This document shows positions 20,807 to 29,952 of a stretch of 64,000 bases of DNA, piece after piece. The stretch is from Trueperaceae bacterium (GTDB lineage Bacteria; Deinococcota; Deinococci; Deinococcales; Trueperaceae). The DNA lies in NCBI GenBank assembly GCA_034520945.1, contig JAXHNB010000002.1, forward strand, positions 192,001-256,000, given 5' to 3'. The notes below the pieces were generated by a model. That model was not told where the DNA came from. It searched no databases and was given only the letters and a program-made list of their open reading frames with translations. Position 1 is the stretch's first letter. Each line of letters starts with the position of its first letter. The position numbers and the translations under genes were made by a program.

Positions 20807-20948
20807 GCCGTACGCGTAGGCGGATTCACGCCACGCGTCCGGGCTTGGCCCGAATTGTTATGCAGGGAGAGCACGCATGAAATACGATCGATGGGCCAAA
20901 CGGACGCAACGGGGTGAACCGACGACGCATCCACTCGGAGGTGATGCG

Positions 20949-21128
20949 ATGGCCACCACGCGTGAAATCAATGCGACCTTCCGGTGCAGCCGATGCGCTG
21001 GGCGCGGGGTGGTCCTGGTAGGGCGCCACACCCCCCTCGCGCACATGGAGCGCTGCACGACCTGTCGCGGTCGGGGGCACATGCTGCCCATCCGGCGCGA
21101 ACCGCGCAGGCGACCCATCGCGCGCTGA
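20949..21128 (+). CDS. 59-aa basic microprotein with two CxxCxGxG motifs (DnaJ-type zinc finger)
   Basis: CSRCAGRG and CTTCRGRG; strong RBS GGAGGTGA upstream of ATG 20949 (alternative start 20877). Confidence 0.7.
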   Translation: MATTREINATFRCSRCAGRGVVLVGRHTPLAHMERCTTCRGRGHMLPIRREPRRRPIAR

Positions 21129-21174
21129 CCGGGCGCGCGCCGTCGCGCGCGGCAGAACCCGGATGTACGCACGG

Positions 21175-21208
21175 CGCGGCCCGGACACCGGTGGGTGTCC
21201 GGGCCGCG
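21175..21208 (+). terminator. 15-bp stem hairpin after the Zn-finger microprotein
   Basis: CGCGGCCCGGACACC-GGTG-GGTGTCCGGGCCGCG. Confidence 0.65.
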
Positions 21209-21221
21209 TGACGTGTGCCAC

Positions 21222-21520
21222 GCACCGGCCCTGGCCGAGGCCGACGTGGGGATCGCCATGGGGGCGGCGGGTACCCGCGCCGCGCTCGACACGGCGCCGG
21301 TGGCGCTGATGGGCGACGACCTCCGCACCCTGGCGGAGGGGGTTGGCCTGGCCAGGCGCACCGTGCGCGTCGTGCAGCAGAACCTGTTCATCGCGCTCGG
21401 CACGGTCGCGCTCTTGGTGGCCGGCGTACTGACCGGCCAGGTGCACATGGCTGGGGGCATGCTGGTGCACCAGGCGTCGGTGCTGCTGGTCATCGTCAAC
21501 GCGCTTCGCCTGGCTGGGCC
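21222..21520 (+). pseudogene. C-terminal remnant of a heavy-metal P1B-type ATPase
   Basis: APALAEADVGIAMGAAGT...QNLFIAL...[19 protein letters not shown]; lacks upstream GDGxND, DKTGT and everything N-terminal. Confidence 0.85.
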
Positions 21521-21744
21521 GGGGCCGCGAGGGGAGGCCGCGGGGCGTACCGTGCGCATCCCCCGCCCTCGCCCGAGCCCGCCGCCTGACCCACGTCGTG
21601 GCCGGCGGCGTCTGCGCGCCGGGCCTGGTACGATCTCGGCCGGACTCACGACGGGAGAACGATGTCGATGCCTACCTACGCTTTGCGCCCCCCCACCCTG
21701 CCCACGCCGCGGCGTCCGCTGCGGCCGGAACGCGCGGTGCTCTC

Positions 21745-23391
21745 ATGAGCGACGAACGGCACGACGTCGTGATCGTAGGCGGCGGGTCGGCGGGATCGGC
21801 CCTCGCCAACCGGCTCAGCGCCGATTCCGAAGCCCGCGTGCTGGTGCTGGAGGCCGGGCGCCCCGATTCGTGGTGGGACGTCTTCATCCACATGCCGGCG
21901 GCGCTCCCGTTCCCGATCGGGAGCCGATTCTACGACTGGCAGTACGAGTCCGAACCGGAACCGCACATGGGGGGCCGCCGCGTGTACCACGCGCGCGGCA
22001 AGATTCTGGGCGGGTCGTCCAGCATCAACGGGATGATCTTCCAGCGCGGCAACCCCATGGACTACGACCGCTGGGCGCAGGAGCCCGGCATGGAGGCCTG
22101 GGACTACGCGCACTGCCTGCCGTACTTCAAGCGGATGGAGACCTGCATGGCGGGGGCGGACGACTGGCGCGGCGGGGACGGTCCGCTGGTGGTGGAGCGC
22201 GGCCCCGCCGAGAACCCGCTGTTCGGGGCGTTCTTCGAGGCGGCCGAGCAGGCCGGCTATAGGCGCACCGACGACGTCAACGGGTACCGCCAGGAGGGGT
22301 TCGCGCGCTTCGACCGCAACGTGCACCGCGGCCGCCGTCTCTCCGCCTCGCGCGCCTACCTGCATCCCGTGCGCCACCGCGACAACCTCACCGTGCGGAC
22401 CCGCGCCTTCGTGACCCGCATCCTGTTCGAGGGCACCCGCGCGACCGGCGTCGAGTACGTGCACCGTGGCCGGACGCACCGCGCGCTGGCCGACGAGGTG
22501 ATCCTGTGCGGCGGCGCGATCGCCACGCCGCAGCTGCTGCAACTGTCCGGCGTCGGCGAGGGCGAGCACCTGCGCTCGCTGGGCATCGAGCCGGTCGCCG
22601 ACCTTCCCGGCGTGGGGCAGAACCTGCAGGACCACCTCGAGGCCTACATCCAGTACGCCAGCAAGCAACCGGTATCGATGGCGCCGTGGCTGGCGTGGTG
22701 GCGCAGGCCGTGGGTCGGCTTCCAATGGTTGTTCTTCCGGCGCGGGCCGGGCGCCACCAACCACTTCGAGGCCGGCGGGTTCGTCCGCTCCAACGACCGC
22801 GTGGACTGGCCCAACCTGATGTTCCACTTCCTGCCCTTGGCCATCCGCTACGACGGAACCTCGCCCGCCACGGGGCACGGCTACCAGGTGCACGTCGGGC
22901 CGATGTTCTCCGACGTGCGCGGCGAACTGAAGATCACCTCGACCGACCCGTCGGTCAAGCCGTCGATGCGGTTCAACTACCTGTCGACGGAGAACGACCG
23001 ACGCGAGTGGATCGAGGCGATCCGCGTGGCGCGCGACATCCTCACCCAGCCCGCCTTCGAGCCGTACAACGCCGGCGAGCTGTCGCCCGGCCCGGCGGTC
23101 CAGACCGACGAGGAGATCCTGGACTGGGTGGCCCGTGACGCGGAGACCGCCCTGCACCCCTCCTGCACCGCCAAGATGGGCACCGACGAGATGGCGGTGG
23201 TGGACCCGTCCACCATGCGGGTGCACGGCGTGGAGGGCCTACGCGTGGTGGACGCCTCGGTGATGCCCCGCATCACCAACGCCAACATTTACGCGCCGGT
23301 GATGATGATCGCCGAGAAGGCCGCCGACCTGATCCTCGGCAAGGCGCCGTTGCCCCCGTCCGACGCCCCGGTACACCGGACCCGCTCGTAG
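21745..23391 (+). CDS. betA: choline dehydrogenase (GMC oxidoreductase)
   Basis: [48 protein letters not shown]. Confidence 0.92.
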   Translation: MSDERHDVVIVGGGSAGSALANRLSADSEARVLVLEAGRPDSWWDVFIHMPAALPFPIGSRFYDWQYESEPEPHMGGRRVYHARGKILGGSSSINGMIFQRGNPMDYDRWAQEPGMEAWDYAHCLPYFKRMETCMAGADDWRGGDGPLVVERGPAENPLFGAFFEAAEQAGYRRTDDVNGYRQEGFARFDRNVHRGRRLSASRAYLHPVRHRDNLTVRTRAFVTRILFEGTRATGVEYVHRGRTHRALADEVILCGGAIATPQLLQLSGVGEGEHLRSLGIEPVADLPGVGQNLQDHLEAYIQYASKQPVSMAPWLAWWRRPWVGFQWLFFRRGPGATNHFEAGGFVRSNDRVDWPNLMFHFLPLAIRYDGTSPATGHGYQVHVGPMFSDVRGELKITSTDPSVKPSMRFNYLSTENDRREWIEAIRVARDILTQPAFEPYNAGELSPGPAVQTDEEILDWVARDAETALHPSCTAKMGTDEMAVVDPSTMRVHGVEGLRVVDASVMPRITNANIYAPVMMIAEKAADLILGKAPLPPSDAPVHRTRS

Positions 23392-23463
23392 GGCCGGATC
23401 GCGCACGCCTGTCACCGTCGCGACGGGGTCGGCGGTCGTACCTTCGCGCTGCTAGCATGCCGC

Positions 23464-24264
23464 GTGGAGGTCGGGATGAGGGCTGGACCCTCGCCGAAGC
23501 TGGTGACGTACCTCGTGTGGGGCATGGGTCTGGCCGCATGGGCGTTGGCGGTGGGGCCCGCCGCGCCACGGGAGGCGCCGGCGGCCGGGGAGGCCGTGGC
23601 GCTGCAGGCCGGCGTGCGTACCGGCGAGGCGTTGCTTCCCGACCTTCAGGTGGTGCGGCCGCATGACCTGGAGCTGATCGGGTCCCGGGCCGAGGGCGAT
23701 CTGAGGCTGAAGTTCACCACCGTGATCTGGAACGCCGGCGACGGACCGATGGAGGTGCGTGGGTCCCGCAACGAGGCGACCGGCGATCTCGAGGTGTACC
23801 AGTACCTGCATGCGTCCAGTGGCGACGTGCGGCGCGACCGGCGGGTCGGCCGCTTCGACTACGAGCACCGGCACGGCCACCTCCACCTGGTGAGCTTCGC
23901 GCAGTACAGACTCTGGTCGCTGGACGGCGACGGGGCCCCGCAGGAGGTGGTGGCCGAGAACGCCAAGGTCGGCTTCTGCCTGATGGACAACCTGGTGATC
24001 GACGAGGACCGTGCCCCCGAAGGCCCCGTCTACGGCGGGTGCGAGGCCGAGGTGCAGGGCATATCCGTCGGGTATGGCGACGCGTACCTGGCCGACCTGT
24101 TCGAGCAGGACTTGCACGTCTCGGACGTGCCGGACGGCCGCTATCGGCTCGTCAACGTGGCCAACCCGGACCGTGCGCTGCGAGAGGCCCGGTACGACAA
24201 CAACCAGGCGGCCGTGGACCTGGTCTTGCGGGAGGGGCGCGTGGCTCCCGTCACGGCACGCTGA
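23464..24264 (+). CDS. secreted lysyl oxidase-like domain protein
   Basis: Signal-like N-terminus; LPDL, IWNAGDGP, HRHGHLH, KVGFCLMD, QGISVGYGDAY, GRYRL...NPD...E..YDNN. Confidence 0.82.
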   Translation: MEVGMRAGPSPKLVTYLVWGMGLAAWALAVGPAAPREAPAAGEAVALQAGVRTGEALLPDLQVVRPHDLELIGSRAEGDLRLKFTTVIWNAGDGPMEVRGSRNEATGDLEVYQYLHASSGDVRRDRRVGRFDYEHRHGHLHLVSFAQYRLWSLDGDGAPQEVVAENAKVGFCLMDNLVIDEDRAPEGPVYGGCEAEVQGISVGYGDAYLADLFEQDLHVSDVPDGRYRLVNVANPDRALREARYDNNQAAVDLVLREGRVAPVTAR

Positions 24265-24331
24265 GCGCGCCGGTGCGGCGGGCGCGTCGGGTACGCTCCG
24301 GTATGCATCGCGTCCCCCGCACGAGGCGGCC

Positions 24332-24607
24332 GTGACGGCCGAACGCCGCCTCCACGAACTGCTTCGGGACCCCAAGGTCGAGACCGTCCACCTCAGCAGC
24401 GCCCTCCGGCGTGCCCTCGGCATCAGCAAGAAGGCCGCCGACCGCCACCCGCGCCTCCGCGCGCACCGCACGCTGCCCGGCGCGGTGATGATCGCGATCC
24501 GAACCACCTACAAGGACAACGTGGTGGTCCTGGCCTACGACGAGCCGGGCGAGGCGTTCGCCCGCGACTTCGCCCGCCGGCCCGATTGGGGACGTCTGGC
24601 GTCGTGA
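24332..24607 (+). CDS. small hypothetical protein (91 aa)
   Basis: GAGG RBS, GTG start, strong GC3 codon bias; no recognised family. Confidence 0.6.
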   Translation: MTAERRLHELLRDPKVETVHLSSALRRALGISKKAADRHPRLRAHRTLPGAVMIAIRTTYKDNVVVLAYDEPGEAFARDFARRPDWGRLAS

Positions 24608-24686
24608 TCCGCACGCCCCGCCGCGTCGGCGGGCGACAGGACGTTCGCCTCTGGTGGCCGTCCGTGCGGCGATGCATCGTCGGCTT

Positions 24687-26084
24687 ATGGGTCCGTCGCT
24701 GGGTGGGTCGTGGTCGAACCGGATCAAATCGTTGGCGCTGCTCCTCCTGCTCACGCTGTGGGTGCCGCCGGCCGGCGCCCAATCGCCGGGCGACACGGCG
24801 GGGCCGACCCCGCCCCTCCCGGTCGACGTGTACATCTTTCACGGCGACGGCTGTCCGCATTGCGCCACGGCGCTTGCGTTCCTCGCCGACCTGAAGCAGG
24901 ACCACCCCACCCTGCGGGTGCACGACTTCGAGGTCTGGTACGACGCCGACAACCGGCCGTTGCTCGAGGAACTGGCCGCCGCGTACGGGCGGCGCGTGCA
25001 GGGCGTCCCCATGATCTTCCTGGGCGACGAGGTCTGGACCGGCTTCGGTGCGAGCGTGGCCCGAGACCTGCAGGAACGTGTGGTGCGCTACGAGCAGCAG
25101 CCTGCGCCGGACCCGATGGCCCGGATCGGGCGCGCCGAAGAATCCGAGGAAGAAGAATCCGAGGAGCCCGTGGCGGTGGGGGGCGAGAAGGGCGCCTCGG
25201 GAGGCGACCCCGCGGCAGCACGCACGGTGACGCTTCCGCTGCTCGGACAGGTGGCGTTGGCGCGGTCGTCTCTGGTGGTGTCCACGGCCCTGATCGGACT
25301 GGTGGACGGCGTGAACCCGTGCTCGTTGTGGGTGTTGGCGCTGCTCCTGGGCGTGGTGCTGGGAAGCGGGTCGCGGCGTCGCGTGGCGGGGGTGGGCGTG
25401 ACCTTCCTCATCATCACGGCCGCCGTGTACGCGGCGTTCATCGTCGGCCTGTTCGAGGTGCTCGGCTACCTGTCCTTCCTCGGCGGCATCCGCGTGGCGG
25501 TCGCCGTGGTGGCCCTGGCGATCGCCCTCGTGAACCTGAAGGACTACCTGGCGTTCGGCCGCGGCCCGAGCCTCACCATTCAGGACGCCCAGAAGCCGGG
25601 CATCTACCGCCGCATCCGGAACGTCGTTCGGGCCGACGGATCGTGGCTGGCGACGCTGGGCGCGACCGGGGCGCTGGCTTTGGGCGTCACCTTGGTCGAA
25701 CTCCCCTGCACCGCGGGTTTTCCCGTGGTGTGGACGGGGCTGGTCGCCGACGCCGGCGTCGGTCGGGGCACGTTCGGGGGGTTGTTGGCGTTGTACATGG
25801 CGATCTACCTGCTGGACGAGCTCGTCATCTTCGGCGCAGCCGTGATCACCATGCGCAGCGCGCGGTTGGACGAAGGGGGCGGACGGATCCTCAAGCTCGT
25901 GGGCGGATCGGTCATGCTGGCGCTGGCGGTCGCGATGCTGGCGTGGCCCGAGGCCCTGTTCACCCTGACGGGCACCCTGGTCGTGTTCGCCGTCGCGCTT
26001 GCGGCCGCGGGGCTGGTGCTGCTGGCGCACCGCGTGTTCCACCCGGCCTCCAGCCCCTGGCCGCGGCCGGAACGGCTACGCTGA
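24687..26084 (+). CDS. thioredoxin/glutaredoxin domain fused to a CcdA/DsbD-like transmembrane domain
   Basis: Signal-like segment, CPHC, cis-Pro GVP, acidic linker, DGVNPC and ELPC in TM helices; start uncertain (24654/24687). Confidence 0.82.
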   Translation: MGPSLGGSWSNRIKSLALLLLLTLWVPPAGAQSPGDTAGPTPPLPVDVYIFHGDGCPHCATALAFLADLKQDHPTLRVHDFEVWYDADNRPLLEELAAAYGRRVQGVPMIFLGDEVWTGFGASVARDLQERVVRYEQQPAPDPMARIGRAEESEEEESEEPVAVGGEKGASGGDPAAARTVTLPLLGQVALARSSLVVSTALIGLVDGVNPCSLWVLALLLGVVLGSGSRRRVAGVGVTFLIITAAVYAAFIVGLFEVLGYLSFLGGIRVAVAVVALAIALVNLKDYLAFGRGPSLTIQDAQKPGIYRRIRNVVRADGSWLATLGATGALALGVTLVELPCTAGFPVVWTGLVADAGVGRGTFGGLLALYMAIYLLDELVIFGAAVITMRSARLDEGGGRILKLVGGSVMLALAVAMLAWPEALFTLTGTLVVFAVALAAAGLVLLAHRVFHPASSPWPRPERLR

Positions 26085-26088
26085 GCCC

Positions 26089-27084
26089 ATGGAGAAGCGA
26101 CGGTTGGGATCCACCGGCTACCACGTGTCGATGATCGGCTTCGGCGGATGGGCGATCGGGGGCGCCTGGGGCGACGTGCCCGAAGAGGACGCGTTGGCTG
26201 CGCTCCGCACGGCGCTGGACGAGGGCGTGACCTTCCTCGACACCGCCGACGTGTACGGCGACGGCCGCAGCGAGCGCCTCATCGCCCGGGTGCTGAACGA
26301 GCTGCCGCCCAAGGAGCGCGCGCGGATCACGGTCGCCACCAAGGTCGGCCGGCGGCTGGACCCGCACGTGCCCGAGGGGTACGTGTACGAGAACCTCGCC
26401 GGCTTCGTCGACCGCAGCCGCGACGAGCTGCGGGTCGACACGCTGGACCTGGTGCAGCTGCACTGCCCCCCGACCGAGGTGTACCGGCGCGACGACGCGT
26501 TCGAGGCGATGGAGCGAATGGTGCGCGAGGGCCGCGTGCGCCACGTGGGCGTGTCGGTCGAGACGGTCGAGGAGGCCCTGCTGGCCGTCGAACGCCCCGT
26601 CGTCGAGACGGTCCAGATCATCTTCAACCCGTTCCGACTCAGGCCGGCCGAGGAGGTGTTCCCCGCCGCCCGTGCGCACGACGTCGGCATCGTCGTGCGC
26701 GTCCCGCTGGCGTCGGGGCTGCTGACCGGAAAGTTCGACGAGGACGCGACCTTCGCCGCCAGTGATCACCGCCACTTCAACCGGCACGGGGACGCGTTCG
26801 ACGTGGGCGAGACCTTTTCCGGCGTGGACTTCGACACCGGCGTTGCCGCGGCCCGGGAGCTGGGCCAGGTCGTGCCGGAGGGCGCGACGCTGGCGCAGGT
26901 CACGCTGCGCTGGATCCTGATGAACCCCGACGTGTCGACCGTCATTCCGGGCGCCAAACGGCCGGCGCAGGCGCGCGAGAACGCCCGCGCGGCAGAGCTG
27001 CCGCCCCTGAACCGCGACGCCATGGAGACGGTACGCCGCGTGTACGACGAACGCATTCGGCCGCAGGTGCATCACCGCTGGTAG
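26089..27084 (+). CDS. aldo/keto reductase
   Basis: GFGGWAIGG, DTADVYG, ATKVG, DLVQLH, PLASGLL, IPGAK; leaderless (TACGCT 26077-26082). Confidence 0.92.
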   Translation: MEKRRLGSTGYHVSMIGFGGWAIGGAWGDVPEEDALAALRTALDEGVTFLDTADVYGDGRSERLIARVLNELPPKERARITVATKVGRRLDPHVPEGYVYENLAGFVDRSRDELRVDTLDLVQLHCPPTEVYRRDDAFEAMERMVREGRVRHVGVSVETVEEALLAVERPVVETVQIIFNPFRLRPAEEVFPAARAHDVGIVVRVPLASGLLTGKFDEDATFAASDHRHFNRHGDAFDVGETFSGVDFDTGVAAARELGQVVPEGATLAQVTLRWILMNPDVSTVIPGAKRPAQARENARAAELPPLNRDAMETVRRVYDERIRPQVHHRW

Positions 27085-27106
27085 GGCCGGCCGGGTGCGG
27101 TCGAGG

Positions 27107-29899
27107 TCAGGTGGGTGCGCGTCCGGGCGCCCACTGCGTCAGGTCGTCGCCCGGCATCGGCTTCGCGAACAGGTAGCCCTGCCCCACGGCACAGCCCACG
27201 TCGATCAGGAAGGCGCGCTCTTCTTCGGTCTCGACGCCTTCGGCGACGACGTCGAGCCCGAACGCGGCGGCCAGGTCGATGACGCCGCGCACCAACGCTT
27301 CGTCGGGTCGCGATGCCGACGACCCCAACCCGCGGACGAAGCCGCGGTCGATCTTGAGCGCGTCGGCGGGCAGGCGCCGGAGGTAGCTCAGCGACGCGTA
27401 TCCGGTGCCGAAGTCGTCGATGGCGATCCGCACCCCCAGCTCGCGAAGACGGGCGAGCGTGACCAGCGCGTCGTCCTCCGCGCGCATCACGGCCGACTCC
27501 GTCACCTCGATCTCCAAGCGCGCCGGTGCCACGCCGTGCCTCTCGAGGTCTGCCGCGATGGCGCGGTCCAGGTCGCCCGTGGCCAATTCGCGCGCGGAGA
27601 CGTTGACGGCCACGCGGGCGCAGCCGACGCCGGCCACGTCCCAGCTGGTCAGGTTCGCCAGCGCCAGGTCTCGCATGGTGCGCCCCAACGCCATCACCTG
27701 ACCCGAGCGTTCCGCTTCGGCCACGAAGTGCTCCGGCGAGATGCGGCCGTGCTCTGCGTGCGTCCAGCGGGCCAGCGCCTCGACCGCCACCAGCGAGCCG
27801 TCCCGAAGCGACACCTGGGGTTGGAACGCCGCCTCCAGATCGCCGTTGCGGAGGGCCGCGGCAAGGTCCGTGCGCAGGTGAAGCCGCGTTAGCGCCTCCG
27901 CGTTCAGGTCCGGCGCGTAGAAGCGGACCGAGCCCGGTCCCCTCGTCTTGGCGCCGTTCATGGCGGCCTCGGCCCGGCCCAACAACGTCACCGCGTCACG
28001 CCCGTCGCCGGGTGAGACGGCCACGCCGACGCTGCAGCTCAACGCCACCGGGTGCCCCGCCGCCTCGATGGGGTCCTCCAAGGCGTCGCGCAACTGGTGG
28101 GCCAGCGTGTCGGCGTCCTGGGGTTCGGCCAGGTCCCCCGCCACCAGCACGAAGGCGTCCCCGCCGAAACGCCCCAACACGTCGCCGGTCCGCATGCGTG
28201 CCGCGAAGGCGCGGGCGGCCCGTTGCAGGATCTCGTCTCCGACATCGTGCCCCAGCGAGTCGTTCACCCCGCGGAACCGATCCAGCCCGGCACAGACGAC
28301 CGCCGTCCGCGTACCCCGCCGGGCCGACCCCGCCAGCACCGTCCCGAGCTGCTGCGTGATCCCGTTGCGGTTCGGCAGGCCGGTCAAGGGGTCGGTGTAG
28401 GTGAGGGTGTCCACCCGCGACGAGAGGATGCGCAGTTCGGTCACGTCCAGGTGCACGCCGTGCAGCGCGGTGGGCGTGCCGCGCGCGTCCCGCTCCAGGG
28501 CGCCCTGGGAGGCGATCCAGCGGTAGCTGCCGTCGCGGTGCCGAATGCGGTACTCGTTGCGATACGGGCCGGACGGCTTGGCCAGGTACGCCTGGAGGGT
28601 GTGGCGTGCCGTCTCGACGTCGCTGGGGTGCAGGAGCCCCTCCCATGCCTCGCGCGTGTCCGCGATGTCCGAGGGGGCGTAGCCCTTCTGCCGTTTCCAC
28701 CCGTCGGACAGCGTGACCGTCCGTGACGGCAGGTAGAGGGTCCAGAACCCGAGGTTCGCGGTGTGGGCGGCCAGTTCGGCGCGGCGTCGTTGCTGGTCCA
28801 GCTGCGCCTCGGTCCGTTTGAGGTGGGTGATGTCGTGGACGGTGGCGATCAGGGCGGCCTCGAGGTCGTCGTCCGGGGCGACGTGCGTCATGTCGACGTA
28901 GGCGGGAAAGGTGGTGCCGTCGTCGCGCCGGCGGCGGGCCTCGAACACCGCGTGTCCCTCCTGCGCGGCGGTCGCGAGGGCTGCCTCGAGGGCGGCGCGA
29001 TCCTCGGGAACGGTTACGTCCTCGATGGGACGACCGGCGAGCGCCTCCTCGCTGCTGGCGTGCATGTTGGCGAAGGCGCGATTCGTCCAGGCGATCCTGG
29101 TGCCCGAAGGGTCGCTCAGCACGATGCCCACGTGGGCGTGCGCGAACACGGCCACCCAGCGACGTTGGTCGCGCTCGCGCTGGATGCGCTCGCTGATGTC
29201 CTGCTTGACGGCGATGAAGTGATGGGGACGTCCGTCGGCGTCGCAGACGGGCGTGATGGTCATCTCTTCGGGGTACTCCGTGCCGTCCTTGCGTCGATTG
29301 ATCAGCTCGCCGTGCCACACCTCCCCCCGCGAAACGGTGACCCAAAGATCGCGATAGAAGTCCTTGCCTTGACGGCCGGAGTGCAGCAGCTCCCCGTGCG
29401 TGCGGCCCATGGCTTCGTCCATGCCGTAGCCGGTCAGCTTCGTGAACGCGGGGTTGCACCACACGATGCGCCCCTCCGGATCGGTGAGGGCCACCGCGCT
29501 GGCGGCCACGTCCAGCGCCTGGTCGCGCAACCGAAGGCGGGCCCGCGTCTCGACCAGGTCGCTGACGTCGTGCACGATGACGTACCACAGGTTCTTCTCC
29601 CGCACGCGGACCGGGGCGTTCGCGACCCGCACCTCGCGAACGGTCCCGTCGGCGCGCCGGTGTCGTGCGTCCGCGGGTAGCGACGCATCCGGATTCGAGG
29701 CCTGCGGCGGCCCATCCACGTCGAGGTCGGTGAGCGTGCGCGAGCGGAGCGCCTCTGCCGACCAGCCGTAAAAGCGGGCGGCGGCAGGGTTGGCGTCGAC
29801 GATCCGGCGGGTGTTCGGCTCGACCAGGAGCATGACCACTTGGTCGTTGCCGAAGAGGGTTTCGAACGCCTTCGCGTCACGCAGGATCGGACGCGCCAT
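27107..29899 (-). CDS. multi-PAS / degenerate GGDEF / EAL protein (likely c-di-GMP phosphodiesterase)
   Basis: Four PAS/PAC-like repeats; GGDAF; EALARW, EVTES, DDFGTGY, EGVE, QGYLF. Confidence 0.9.
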   Translation of the reverse strand: MARPILRDAKAFETLFGNDQVVMLLVEPNTRRIVDANPAAARFYGWSAEALRSRTLTDLDVDGPPQASNPDASLPADARHRRADGTVREVRVANAPVRVREKNLWYVIVHDVSDLVETRARLRLRDQALDVAASAVALTDPEGRIVWCNPAFTKLTGYGMDEAMGRTHGELLHSGRQGKDFYRDLWVTVSRGEVWHGELINRRKDGTEYPEEMTITPVCDADGRPHHFIAVKQDISERIQRERDQRRWVAVFAHAHVGIVLSDPSGTRIAWTNRAFANMHASSEEALAGRPIEDVTVPEDRAALEAALATAAQEGHAVFEARRRRDDGTTFPAYVDMTHVAPDDDLEAALIATVHDITHLKRTEAQLDQQRRRAELAAHTANLGFWTLYLPSRTVTLSDGWKRQKGYAPSDIADTREAWEGLLHPSDVETARHTLQAYLAKPSGPYRNEYRIRHRDGSYRWIASQGALERDARGTPTALHGVHLDVTELRILSSRVDTLTYTDPLTGLPNRNGITQQLGTVLAGSARRGTRTAVVCAGLDRFRGVNDSLGHDVGDEILQRAARAFAARMRTGDVLGRFGGDAFVLVAGDLAEPQDADTLAHQLRDALEDPIEAAGHPVALSCSVGVAVSPGDGRDAVTLLGRAEAAMNGAKTRGPGSVRFYAPDLNAEALTRLHLRTDLAAALRNGDLEAAFQPQVSLRDGSLVAVEALARWTHAEHGRISPEHFVAEAERSGQVMALGRTMRDLALANLTSWDVAGVGCARVAVNVSARELATGDLDRAIAADLERHGVAPARLEIEVTESAVMRAEDDALVTLARLRELGVRIAIDDFGTGYASLSYLRRLPADALKIDRGFVRGLGSSASRPDEALVRGVIDLAAAFGLDVVAEGVETEEERAFLIDVGCAVGQGYLFAKPMPGDDLTQWAPGRAPT

Positions 29900-29952
29900 A
29901 GGCCAGCATACGACGGGGGCAACGGCGTGTACGTGCGATCTTCACCGCGTTC

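Noticed and set aside
20813..20948. Known riboswitch class in the microprotein leader
   Set aside because: I could not match conserved cores of known riboswitches; reported only as an unassigned structured leader.
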